Shown here: piece by piece, positions 1 through 9,362 of the stretch
How positions within the stretch are numbered: position 1 is the stretch's first letter
How the letters are laid out: every line of letters begins with the position of its first letter
Origin: Deltaproteobacteria bacterium
GTDB lineage: Bacteria; Desulfobacterota; Dissulfuribacteria; Dissulfuribacterales; UBA3076
Assembly: GCA_018399745.1 (NCBI GenBank)
Contig: JAGYNZ010000002.1
Span: 13,543-77,542 of the forward strand
Length of the DNA: 64,000 nucleotides
Direction of reading: 5' to 3'
Program-made: the position numbers and the translations under genes
Notes under the pieces: model-generated
Seen by the model: the letters and a program-made list of their open reading frames with translations, nothing else
What the model was told of the DNA's origin: nothing
Databases searched by the model: none

Positions 1-534
1 CCGGACAACAGAAGTCCAATAGACTTCGGCCGTACAAGGGAGATTTTCCGAGATCTTGCAGCCTTTCTGTCCGTGCCGGACGAGCTGTTGCCGGGACGCG
101 TGCGGGAATTTATGGAAGAAATGGAGGATGGAAGGATCAAGCTGTATCTTACCTGGAGGACCCTGTCTCTGCGGTGGGAGCAACGAGGGCTGTTTCAATA
201 CGGCTCATATCTGCCTTTGTCTGTTAATGGTACAAAGGCAGAACACATATGCGCTTTTGCAAGAAGATTCAAAGACAGCACAGCTATCGTGGCAGTTCCA
301 AGGCTTTGTGTCGGACTTTGCGGTTTTAACCCGAAAGCGAAGCCTGTAGGGTCTGGAATATGGTTGGACACGAGGGTGAACGCCGCTTCTGAGCAATTTG
401 ATAAAAGGGTTTATCGAAATATCTTTACAGGAGAACGAATGATTCCGGAAATGCACAGCGGCAACCTCTCTTTTCCAGCGGCGCAACTATTTTCCAATTT
501 TCCAGTGGCCCTGTTAACCGATGCTCCGGATTAG
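1..534 (+). CDS. treY: malto-oligosyltrehalose synthase, C-terminal fragment (5' end lies outside the window)
   Basis: Frame 1 is open from base 1 (PDNRSPIDFGRTREIF...) to TAG 532-534. The tail (GRIKLYLTWRTLSLR...HICAFARR...AIVAVPRL...FPVALL) resembles the conserved C-terminal domain of TreY enzymes. Recognised by eye only. Confidence 0.6.
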   Translation, partial: PDNRSPIDFGRTREIFRDLAAFLSVPDELLPGRVREFMEEMEDGRIKLYLTWRTLSLRWEQRGLFQYGSYLPLSVNGTKAEHICAFARRFKDSTAIVAVPRLCVGLCGFNPKAKPVGSGIWLDTRVNAASEQFDKRVYRNIFTGERMIPEMHSGNLSFPAAQLFSNFPVALLTDAPD

Positions 535-885
535 AATCAACCGTATCCGACCCTACGACATTGAAAGCAGGTAGCTGCTTCGAAACGACATGTATCTACT
601 CAGATTCTTGTCATCAATAAAAAAGTCCAAAAAAATTAGATCATTATCTTCAAAGGTTTATAACCTTACTGATTCTGACTGAAAACCAGCCAAGAATGAA
701 TTCTGTAACAGGTAAAAATAATTATTGATACCTTTCCTGTAATAAAGTAAAAGGCCGGGAATTCATATTACGATCCGATCTATCTCATAATTTTTCAACA
801 CAAAAATTAAGTGGATCGGCGCTTTTTTGAATTTTTCCCAATTGATCCGAAACCGAAACTGTTTTTTTAGGAGGATTTATGGAAA

Positions 886-1275
886 ATGAAGAGCCAGATA
901 TACGGATACGGTCCACATTTAATGCTCGATTTGAGTGATTGTAATTCGACAATCCTGAACGACCTTGATGCATGTTTCAGGCTACTGAACGAGTTGCCCG
1001 AAAGAATAGGGATGACAAAAATAACACAGCCTTATGTGTTTCGATACTGCGGGGTGGTACCTGAAGACGAAGGTATTACCGGGGTGACTATAATAGCCGA
1101 GAGTCATATATCCCTTCATACTTATCCGAAAAAGAAGTTCGTATTTGTGGACATCTTTTCCTGCAAACCATTTGATGTGGAAAGGGCCAAAGACCACGTT
1201 ATCCAGTTTTTCCAGTCGAAATCTCCATCGGTTCATATAAAGGAAAGGGGGGCAGCCTTTCCCTCAGTTGTGTGA
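886..1275 (+). CDS. small pyruvoyl-dependent decarboxylase of the SpeH/SpeD (class 1 AdoMetDC) family; substrate uncertain (SAM or arginine)
   Basis: 129 aa. IIAESHISLHTYPKKKFVFVDIFSC matches the Glu-Ser self-cleavage site and fold signature of small AdoMetDC proenzymes. AGGAGG at 869-874. Confidence 0.8.
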   Translation: MKSQIYGYGPHLMLDLSDCNSTILNDLDACFRLLNELPERIGMTKITQPYVFRYCGVVPEDEGITGVTIIAESHISLHTYPKKKFVFVDIFSCKPFDVERAKDHVIQFFQSKSPSVHIKERGAAFPSVV

Positions 1276-1303
1276 ATTTGGATTGCCAGAGGGAATTCCT
1301 TAA

Positions 1304-2179
1304 ATGGATATTAAGGTCGAACCCGGCGCTTACGGTGCACTTCCTGAAGCGTATTGCCGGTTCAGCACAGCATCCATTGCAGTCCTCCCCGTACCTTATG
1401 ATGGGACATCAACATGGATGAAGGGTGCAGAACGCGGTCCGCAAGCCTTGCTGGAGGCATCTGCCAATCTGGAATTATACGACATTGAAACCGATTCAGA
1501 GGTTTTCAAACACGGGATTGTGACAGTGGAACCTGTTGTGTGCCCTGAGGATCCGGGAGCAATGGTTGCTGCAGTATATGAACGCGCAGGGCGAATTTTA
1601 GAGGAAGGGAAATTCATTGTCGGCATCGGTGGAGAACATACGATCTCTGTTGGTTTAGTGCAGGCCGCGGCGAATAGATTCCACGATCTCTCCGTACTCC
1701 AATTCGATGCCCACACGGATACCCGGAATGATTATAAGGGGAGCAGGTACAATCACGCATGTGTCATGTCAAGGATAGGTGAAATCTGTCCCTATGTTCA
1801 GGCAGGGATTCGAAGCATGGATATCTCTGAATTGAAAACACTGAATCGTGACCGGACGTTTTTTTCCCATGAGGTCCTCAGGGGGCCGGATGTGACGTCC
1901 AGAGCAATGAAGGCACTGACAAAAAACGTATATTTAACAATTGATCTGGACGTGCTGGACCCTTCTGTCATGCCATCCACCGGCACCCCGGAACCCGGTG
2001 GACTGGATTGGTATACCTTGCTGGATTTTATAGAATCAGTTGTTGTGAATAAAAACGTAATTGGAATAGATATAGCTGAGTTACTTCCCAATCCTGCCAA
2101 CAGGGCCCCGGATTTTTTGGCTGCGAAATTGATCTATAGGATATTGAGCATGATCTTCTTAAAGAGGGAGAAAGAATGA
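1304..2179 (+). CDS. speB: agmatinase / ureohydrolase (arginase family)
   Basis: Mn-binding motifs of the arginase fold are present: GGEHTIS, QFDAHTD, DLDVLDPS...STGTPEPGGL. 291 aa, 28 nt downstream of the SpeH-like gene. Confidence 0.85.
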   Translation: MDIKVEPGAYGALPEAYCRFSTASIAVLPVPYDGTSTWMKGAERGPQALLEASANLELYDIETDSEVFKHGIVTVEPVVCPEDPGAMVAAVYERAGRILEEGKFIVGIGGEHTISVGLVQAAANRFHDLSVLQFDAHTDTRNDYKGSRYNHACVMSRIGEICPYVQAGIRSMDISELKTLNRDRTFFSHEVLRGPDVTSRAMKALTKNVYLTIDLDVLDPSVMPSTGTPEPGGLDWYTLLDFIESVVVNKNVIGIDIAELLPNPANRAPDFLAAKLIYRILSMIFLKREKE

Positions 2180-3201
2180 CGGAGAAAAAGGATCTGTTGC
2201 GCAAACCGATTGAGCATATAGACATCAAGACCTTTGATGCCAGAGCTGTCATAGATGGTTATGCCTCCATGGCCTTCCAGGCCCGGAATCTCGCAGTAGC
2301 ATCGAATATTTATAACCGGATGCTGGCAGACCGCGATTGCAAGATCATTCTTACGCTTGCTGGTTCTCTATTCAGTGCTGGTCTGAAGCATGTTGTGGTG
2401 GATATGATTGACAACAACATGGTGGATGCCATCGTTTCCACGGGCGCCATCATTGTGGATCAGGATTTTTTTGAGGCCCTGGGTTTCAGACATTATATGG
2501 GCACCCAATTCGTTGACGATGCTTTATTGCGTGAACTTGGCATTGACAGGATTTACGACACATTTATCGACGAAGATGAACTGCGGATCTGTGACATGAC
2601 TATAGAGGAAATCGCCGGCACCTTGGCCCCGAGACCCTATTCCTCCAGAGAAATCATTCATGCCATGGGGGCCTATCTGGAAGAGAAAGGGTTAAAGGCA
2701 GAAAGGTCGGTTGTTTACTCTGCCTACAAAAAAAGAGTGCCGATTTTCGTGCCCGCGTTTTCAGATTGCTCGGCTGGTTTTGGATTGATTTACCATCAAT
2801 GGCACAAAAAAGATGCGCACGTCACTATTGATTCTGTTCGGGATTTTCGTGAACTCACAGAGATTAAACTGGCCGTAACAGACACAGGCATTATTATAAT
2901 AGGCGGCGGTGTACCAAAGAATTTCACCCAGGATGTCGTGGTAGCCACAGATATACTGGGCAGGGAAAAGCCCATGCATAAATATGCTGTTCAGCTCACC
3001 GTAGCCGATGAACGGGACGGCGGACTGTCGGGGTCCACTCTGAAGGAAGCCTGCTCCTGGGGCAAAGTGGACATGAAATATGAACAGATGGTATTAGGTG
3101 AGGCCACAATTACGCTGCCTTTGCTTGTGAGTGATGCCTACCACCGGGGTGTCTGGAAGAAAAGGGCATCGGGGAATCTTTCGGCGCTCTTCAATCCATG
3201 A
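2176..3201 (+). CDS. deoxyhypusine synthase-like protein (candidate homospermidine synthase)
   Basis: 341 aa. The start overlaps the agmatinase stop (ATGA at 2176-2179). Family-typical segments include LTLAGSLFSAGL, VSTGAIIVDQDFFEA, IIGGGVPKNF and SWGKV. Confidence 0.75.
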   Translation: MTEKKDLLRKPIEHIDIKTFDARAVIDGYASMAFQARNLAVASNIYNRMLADRDCKIILTLAGSLFSAGLKHVVVDMIDNNMVDAIVSTGAIIVDQDFFEALGFRHYMGTQFVDDALLRELGIDRIYDTFIDEDELRICDMTIEEIAGTLAPRPYSSREIIHAMGAYLEEKGLKAERSVVYSAYKKRVPIFVPAFSDCSAGFGLIYHQWHKKDAHVTIDSVRDFRELTEIKLAVTDTGIIIIGGGVPKNFTQDVVVATDILGREKPMHKYAVQLTVADERDGGLSGSTLKEACSWGKVDMKYEQMVLGEATITLPLLVSDAYHRGVWKKRASGNLSALFNP

Positions 3202-3349
3202 AAAGCACCGACTAAGCTAACCATATGGAAGCTGATGCTCTAAGATCTGAAAATCCCTGCAGAGGAGATCATGAAATTTCAGTATCAGCTTTTCAATAAT
3301 TTCGAAAAATAAATAAGAGATTATCTTTTTGCCAGCATTATTGCATATT

Positions 3350-4063
3350 TTATTTTAATTCTTCTGCAAGCAGGACTGCCTCTGCTACCTGGCGCATTGA
3401 TTTACGGGAGTCCATACTACGTTTTTGAATCCAGCGAAAGGCCTCATCCACTTCCATTTTCTGTCTGCGTATAAGGACCTCTTTGGCACGCTCCACCAGT
3501 TTGCGCGTCTCCAGCTCCTCACTGATTACCTTGGTTTTTACCATGAGTTCGGTGTTGAGGATTGCGACTGCCGCCTGATTTGCAACCGTTGTAATGAGAT
3601 AAACTTCAGTATCATTAAATTCGTGAGGTTCTGAGGTAAAACAGTTTAGTACCCCTATTACCTTCTCATCCTTTACTTGAAGCGGCACGCTGACCATGGA
3701 TATCAGGCCAAGCTTTTTGGCCATTTCCTTTTCCTTGAACCGAGGCTCTTTTGACACATCCCTGATGATAAGTGGCTGATTGTGTGTGGCCACAAAGCCG
3801 ACCACTCCCTCATCCAGAGATAGAGAACGGTCCTTCAGATAGTCAGAGGCTATGGCCTGCGTGGCCTTCAGCCGGATCTTTCTGGGATTTGCGGTTTCAT
3901 CAATAAGCCATAATGAACAGATCTCAACACCTGTTACCTTGGCCGTTACCATTACGATGAGTTTCAGGATATCTTCAAGATACCGGTCGGAAGTGATGGC
4001 CTGACTTATATCCATCAGGGCCCTCATGTATTTTTCGTAGGTTTCTGGTCTGTTTTCTTCCAT
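3350..4063 (-). CDS. GAF-domain / ANTAR-domain RNA-binding regulator (antiterminator type)
   Basis: The N-terminal GAF-like region contains SLWLIDE...VVGFVATHNQPLIIRDV. The C-terminal ANTAR signature is ELETRKLVERAKEVLIRRQKMEVDEAFRWIQKRSMDSRKSMRQVAEAVL. Confidence 0.8.
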   Translation of the reverse strand: MEENRPETYEKYMRALMDISQAITSDRYLEDILKLIVMVTAKVTGVEICSLWLIDETANPRKIRLKATQAIASDYLKDRSLSLDEGVVGFVATHNQPLIIRDVSKEPRFKEKEMAKKLGLISMVSVPLQVKDEKVIGVLNCFTSEPHEFNDTEVYLITTVANQAAVAILNTELMVKTKVISEELETRKLVERAKEVLIRRQKMEVDEAFRWIQKRSMDSRKSMRQVAEAVLLAEELK

Positions 4064-4599
4064 TTATTATGTGCCTGATTCCATTTCCGGAATATGCTAA
4101 AAAACATATTAATGCTGGTGCTGACCTTCAAACTGGGTAAGATTTAAGATAATACTAAAGATTCTCCTGTGACTCAATCACTCCATCTATTAGTATCAAG
4201 AAAAAATATTCGACTTATGCTTAATTGGTTAGGGTTGATCTAATGTCGTTTGAAAGGCAGTATCAGTTAAGCAGAAAAGTAAAACGCAATTGATAAGTTC
4301 ACGCAGTAATTTTGCGCTAAGGGGAACCTAGAACCTTAGTAGTAATTCCCCCCTAAATTTTCTAAAGTAATTTTCTTGACCACATCAGGTAGATTAAATA
4401 AGTTAAACTTTATCTATCATAATCATTTTAACAGTATTCGTTGTTGACAATTCTTGGTTTTTGAATTGACAATTAGTCTGGTGCACTATAAACATAACAT
4501 ACTGGTATATCCCATGATGCGTCGCTAAGATATCGCTGGCATATTTGACATCTATAGATGTTTTTATTCCCTACAACCCTTAAAGAGGAGGAGAAGGAG

Positions 4600-5076
4600 A
4601 TGATGAAAAAATGGAGCATTGTAGTTGTGGCGTGTATCATCATGATCAGCATGGTCGGTGTTGCGTCCGCCAACACCGTTCGGGAGGATTGTGGATGCGG
4701 TTTAGGCGCTATTGCTATCGGTGAAAAGGAAGGCGTCTTATGGAAACTGCTTGGCACATTTCTGAATGGGCTCTCCGGCAACCAGACCTTCGGCATGAGC
4801 AGCGGTACCTCAGATTGCGGACAAGATCAATGGATTGCCAAGTATGACAAAATGAATATTTTTGTTGCCGATAACATGGATGTTTTGGCCATCGACATCG
4901 CTCAAGGTCAAGGCGAATCTTTAGATGCCTTAGCTGAAATTGCGGAAGTTCCGATTGGTGAAAGGCCATCTCTGTATGCTGCCTTGCAGAGCAATTTCGA
5001 TTCAATCTATCCCACAGCCCAGGTTTCTCACACCGATGTTGTCAAGGAAATTGCTAAAATTATACAATCCAGCTAA
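4600..5076 (+). CDS. secreted DUF3015-like protein
   Basis: ATG 4600 follows GAGGAGGAGAAGGAG. Signal peptide MMKKWSIVVVACIIMISMVGVASA, then CGCGLGAI...GMSSGTSDCG, as in DUF3015 proteins. The family was recalled from memory and not searched. Confidence 0.6.
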   Translation: MMKKWSIVVVACIIMISMVGVASANTVREDCGCGLGAIAIGEKEGVLWKLLGTFLNGLSGNQTFGMSSGTSDCGQDQWIAKYDKMNIFVADNMDVLAIDIAQGQGESLDALAEIAEVPIGERPSLYAALQSNFDSIYPTAQVSHTDVVKEIAKIIQSS

Positions 5077-5082
5077 ACCCTT

Positions 5083-7023
5083 TTGGCGGTCAATCATAAG
5101 GATACAAAAAAGAGATACATAGTTTTTGCCTGTCGTGTATCTCTTTTTTGTAAGCTGGTTCTTGTATCAGCGTATATAGCCTGTCCAGTCGCTTTCGCCG
5201 ACCGACAGGAGGTGGCAGATCTGCTCTCTATTGCCCAAGACAAAGGGCTCTTCAGAGATCGTTACTGGCATATTCTGATGCATTATGAAAAGACGCTTTT
5301 CGGAGTGAATAGCAACGTCGATGACCCCTCTTTTTTTATAGCACCTGACGGGAAAACAAATCCTCAATCCGAACTGGAAGCCACCATTTCCACCCTATTC
5401 CAAGAAGATGATAAAGCGGCAGAGCCCTATGTATGCAGGTTCTACGGCCGTTTTATGTGGCTTAAGCAAGCCCTGATGGTTGACTCCGAAATGTATGCAA
5501 ACCGGATGTGCGCAGAGATCGACAACATTTTGCCTGTATCCGCAACGCTTGTTTTCCCTACCTATTATATGAACAACCCGGCATCAATGTTTGGCCATAC
5601 CCTGCTGACCATAAGTACTGAATATAAAAACAGACGCCTGGCATACGCGGTAAACTATGCGGCACAGGCCGGCAATACCGTGGACGGTCTCTCCTTTGCC
5701 GTAAACGGCTTGTTCGGTCTGTACAAGGGTTACTATTCTGTGGAGCCTTATTATAAGAAGATTCAGGAGTATGGAGATATTCATCACCGTGATATCTGGG
5801 AGTATACCCTTAACCTCACCCCGGAGGAGTTGAAGTGGCTAATCCGTCATGTCAAGGAGCTCAACGGAGTCTACACGGACTATTTTTTCTTTGACGAAAA
5901 CTGCTCTTTCAATCTCCTTTTTCTTATTGAAGCGGCCAGGCCCTCGGTAGACCTCGTTTCCCAGTTTCAGGGTCCTTTTGTATTTCCATTGGATACCATA
6001 AAAGCAATTAAAAGCGCCGGTCTGATTATGGATGAAAGATTTCGACCGTCAAAAGTCACACGTATCCGGCATCTAATTGAGTCGCTGGATGATCCGGCCA
6101 TAGATAGCGCCGCAGAAATCATCAGGGGCCGGATTTCACCAATGGATCTTGGTGTTATTTCTGTCCCTCATCCACCGGATCAGCAGGCGAAGATTCTTGA
6201 TTTAGCTGCCGAACAGCTTCAATATCTCTATGTTAAAAAGACGATTGACAAAAAAACTTACCAGGAGCGGTTTCTGGAAACGCTGAGGGCTCGAAGCAGG
6301 CTGGGGGTGATGAGTGCCGAAAATGCTAAAAAAATTCCTATTCCACCACGGCCAGAAAGAGGTCATGATTCCAAGCGGATCAGCCTGGTTGGGGGATTGC
6401 GTGATGGCAACGCATTTTGTGAATTGCGTTTTCGCCCAGCTTTTACCGATCTTCTGGACATGGATTATATTCATCAGCAGGGAGCCCAGATCGAATTTGG
6501 CGACGCCAGGCTACGCTATTTTTTTTCAAACCATCGATTTCAATTACAGCAAATCGATATCATCGATATTATTTCCATATCGGGAAGGGACGCCTTTTTT
6601 AAGCCGCTATCCTGGAAGGTGGATACCGGCTTTCACAGGAAACCTATAGACAGCAGGGAAGGGTCGCTTTTTTACCGGCTCAACACGGGTACCGGCTTAG
6701 CTGTCGACTATCCGTTTTTGGGCTTGTCCTATGCCATGGTCATAGGCGAAGTGGATTTTACCGGGGCGCTAAAAGAAAACTTTGCCCTGGGACCGGGCCT
6801 TATATGCGGTATGGTTAAAAAGGTAGCTCCTTTTCTGAAGAGTCACTTGTATGGGGAGGTAAAATGGTTTATGGCCGGCGATTCCCATACAGAGAGCGCA
6901 ATAGCTTTTTCTAATAACTTGAAAGTGTCGAAAAACAACCATTTTTCTGTGGAATTGAAATGGGAACACGTTCGTCACTGGGAAAGTATGGAAGCCTCCG
7001 GCGTGTGGCACTTCTTTTTTTAA
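5083..7023 (+). CDS. DUF4105 (Lnb N-terminal-like) domain protein with a probable C-terminal beta-barrel
   Basis: DUF4105-like core: YWHILMHY...CRFYGRFMWL...GHTLLTI...DIWEYTLNLTPEE...FFFDENCSFNLL. The C-terminal third has an alternating hydrophobic pattern and ends ...GVWHFFF, an OMP-type aromatic terminus. Confidence 0.65.
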   Translation: MAVNHKDTKKRYIVFACRVSLFCKLVLVSAYIACPVAFADRQEVADLLSIAQDKGLFRDRYWHILMHYEKTLFGVNSNVDDPSFFIAPDGKTNPQSELEATISTLFQEDDKAAEPYVCRFYGRFMWLKQALMVDSEMYANRMCAEIDNILPVSATLVFPTYYMNNPASMFGHTLLTISTEYKNRRLAYAVNYAAQAGNTVDGLSFAVNGLFGLYKGYYSVEPYYKKIQEYGDIHHRDIWEYTLNLTPEELKWLIRHVKELNGVYTDYFFFDENCSFNLLFLIEAARPSVDLVSQFQGPFVFPLDTIKAIKSAGLIMDERFRPSKVTRIRHLIESLDDPAIDSAAEIIRGRISPMDLGVISVPHPPDQQAKILDLAAEQLQYLYVKKTIDKKTYQERFLETLRARSRLGVMSAENAKKIPIPPRPERGHDSKRISLVGGLRDGNAFCELRFRPAFTDLLDMDYIHQQGAQIEFGDARLRYFFSNHRFQLQQIDIIDIISISGRDAFFKPLSWKVDTGFHRKPIDSREGSLFYRLNTGTGLAVDYPFLGLSYAMVIGEVDFTGALKENFALGPGLICGMVKKVAPFLKSHLYGEVKWFMAGDSHTESAIAFSNNLKVSKNNHFSVELKWEHVRHWESMEASGVWHFFF

Positions 7024-7197
7024 TTCAGGAGGTTTCACACATTTTTTATCTTTCGAGACTATAAAGCCGGTCAAATGTTCAGCGTGAAGTCAGAAGACGT
7101 CGGAGCGCTTTAACTTGCGGCGGCGAAAGTGTTTTCCTGCCAGACGCGATCTTGATGAGTGTGATATTTGATGTAGGAAATTAAATGAGTAACTGGC

Positions 7198-8067
7198 ATG
7201 GCTCACATTGAATTGGATTGGAGGGGTAATCTTGACCATAGTTACGTATTAGGTTGGCTATTATTTTTTGTTTTTCCGATCATTGCCGGTTGTTCCAATC
7301 TGATGTTTCTGCCGAATCAGATTCGATACAGTACGCCCGATAATTTCGGACTTGACTATGAAGATATTTTTCTCAGAATGCCAGAAAATATAAGGCTTCA
7401 TGCTTGGTTTCTTCCGTCCAAAGTTGATGCCAAAGGGACTGTATTTTTCTTACACGGCAATGCTCAAAATATTAGCGCCCATATTTATAGTATATATTGG
7501 CTGCCGGAGAACGGATATAATGTCTTTATGATAGATTATAGGGGATACGGGATCTCGACCGGCACCCCCACAGTGCAAGGGGTTTTGGATGATATCAGTA
7601 CGGGATTTGCTTGGCTTGTCCGGAATCAGCAAGTTCGAAAAGGCCCAATCTTTTTATTAGGACAAAGTCTAGGGGCTAGTCTTGGCATCTATTTTGTGGG
7701 CACTCACTCTCATGCAAAAAAACAACTGGCAGGTGTAATTTCGGATGCTGCCTTTTCAAGTTTTCGTTCAATCGCACGTGAAAAACTCGATAGCTTCTGG
7801 CTGACTTGGCCTCTCCAATATCCCCTATCATTGTTAATATGCGACAATTTCGATCCACAAGACGTGATTCAAAACATCTCTCCAGTTCCTGTTCTCATCA
7901 TGCACAGCAAGGATGACCAGATCGTTCCATCAACTCACGGGCAAATATTGTATGAATTGGCCGGAAAGCCTAAGTTTTTTGTTCAGACGAGAAACGGGCA
8001 TATTGCAACATTCAAGTACAGGGAGTACCGAGAGGCAGCATTAAAATTCATGGCGGCTTTCGATTAA
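7198..8067 (+). CDS. alpha/beta-hydrolase lipoprotein
   Basis: Lipobox FPIIAGC. FLHGNAQNIS (oxyanion region), the nucleophile elbow GQSLGAS, and a C-terminal ...HSKDD...GH... triad pattern. Confidence 0.75.
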   Translation: MAHIELDWRGNLDHSYVLGWLLFFVFPIIAGCSNLMFLPNQIRYSTPDNFGLDYEDIFLRMPENIRLHAWFLPSKVDAKGTVFFLHGNAQNISAHIYSIYWLPENGYNVFMIDYRGYGISTGTPTVQGVLDDISTGFAWLVRNQQVRKGPIFLLGQSLGASLGIYFVGTHSHAKKQLAGVISDAAFSSFRSIAREKLDSFWLTWPLQYPLSLLICDNFDPQDVIQNISPVPVLIMHSKDDQIVPSTHGQILYELAGKPKFFVQTRNGHIATFKYREYREAALKFMAAFD

Positions 8068-8967
8068 TAAAAGACTTTTTTGTTAGAACAACAATCTGGA
8101 TATTCTCTTAATTCTATTTCTAAATCAAAAGTAATATAATATGGTCCCTATGACCATGGCTTTCGAGGGACTCAGCTTATTTCTCAAAGGACCACTCGAA
8201 CAACTACTCTTTATGTAATCCGTCGCCTTCTGCGAGCCTGTATCCCTTTCCGCCTTATTCATGGTAGCCGTCACCCTCAGTAACCATTTGATCAAGAAAA
8301 TGTTTCTGAATACCAAGCTCAGACATTACAGAAACATAGAAATGATCGATAAAATCCAAGCGGCTGCCTGATAAGGCCTACGGCCTTTATCCCGGTTCTG
8401 AAGCCTTTTGGCCTACAGAACAGGGATTGAATTAAAACCAGAAAAACCGGACAATTCTATTTGTTGACAACAGAATGTTAGCTTTTGTCCATTTCCATTA
8501 AAGACCAATATGATGAATTCTGTTCGGCTTTGATAGTTGTGGGTTAGTCTTCCAATAGGTTTTAATAATGGTTGGCCTAGATATAGAGAGCCGGAATCAA
8601 TCTGCCATTAATTAGGTTCGGCTGTTTTTTAAAATCAGCTATTGGTTATCCTATGTGATATATGGGGATTACCACGTCGGGTGTCAAAGTATTGATTTTG
8701 ACCTCTTTTTGACTATATATTGAAAATACCTTGACCAGCATCCAACAGTGCTATACAAATTACATAATGTGATCGAAGGGATAAGTAATTCATTTATTGA
8801 CGAATTTCGCGAATTCTCAGTTGGAGCGCCGATATGCTTAAATAATTAAGCAGGCAGGAATTGGCTATACCAGTTTTTATCTATTTGTTTCGCTGAACTA
8901 TCAGCGCGCCTATCGGAAAGGCTGATGTTCCGGAATCTTATCTAATTTATTGTTAGAGGGAAAGACT

Positions 8968-9303
8968 ATGGACGGCTTGGATTGGTCAGCGGAAAAGGAA
9001 ATGCGTGAGAGGGCCGCCAACGAGGAACACGAGCGGCTTCATCGGCTTTTTGTAGAAGATCGTCTCTCCTTTGAACGAGAAAGAAGGAGCGCGATCAAGG
9101 AACTTATAGAAAGCGCCGAAGATGAGGGCATGCGGGAAAGGCTGTGGGAATTCCAGCGTTCCTGGGACAAGAAAATGAGGCATGCCGGATCGAAGGCCAA
9201 TCGTTTTGTTCTGGCACAGACCTTCTTTTGGGAACATTTTCAAGAGGTCTGGCACCCTGCCATTAAGCGATTCAGTGCCTTGCTGAGCAGAAAGCATGAG
9301 TAG
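8968..9303 (+). CDS. small hypothetical protein, DUF3135-like
   Basis: ATG 8968 follows GAGGGAAAG. The charged N-terminal half and RLWEFQRSWDKKMRHAGSKANRFVLAQTFFWEHF resemble DUF3135 proteins. Weak recall-based call. Confidence 0.4.
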   Translation: MDGLDWSAEKEMRERAANEEHERLHRLFVEDRLSFERERRSAIKELIESAEDEGMRERLWEFQRSWDKKMRHAGSKANRFVLAQTFFWEHFQEVWHPAIKRFSALLSRKHE

Positions 9304-9362
9304 ATTTTTTAGCCCTATCCGCTTTCTAGACTGGGATTATTCAAGATAAATTAATCTGGATT

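Noticed and set aside
56-486. Alternative-frame and antisense ORFs (56-349 +, 205-486 -) overlap the treY fragment.
   Set aside because: Their translations are Cys/Arg-rich and low in complexity. Frame 1 gives a recognisable TreY C-terminus.
879-938. A 19-codon upstream ORF (MENEEPDIRIRSTFNARFE) starts 4 nt after the AGGAGG and overlaps the SpeH-like start. It is reminiscent of the polyamine-sensing uORFs of eukaryotic AdoMetDC.
   Set aside because: The same Shine-Dalgarno sequence is within range (11 nt) of ATG 886, which gives a canonical SpeH N-terminus. Nothing in the sequence indicates that the short frame is translated or regulatory.
4548-4566. The palindrome ACATCTATAGATGT followed by TTTTTA in the DUF3015 leader could be an ANTAR-controlled terminator.
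   Set aside because: The stem is only about 5 AT-rich base pairs with a 4-nt loop. No upstream dual hexaloop hairpins are visible, so a terminator call is too weak.
8125-8316. A 63-codon ORF on the minus strand just after the hydrolase gene.
   Set aside because: It has no ribosome-binding site, no recognisable motif, and lies in an AT-rich region. It is treated as non-coding or a possible relic and is covered by the finding on 8068-8949.
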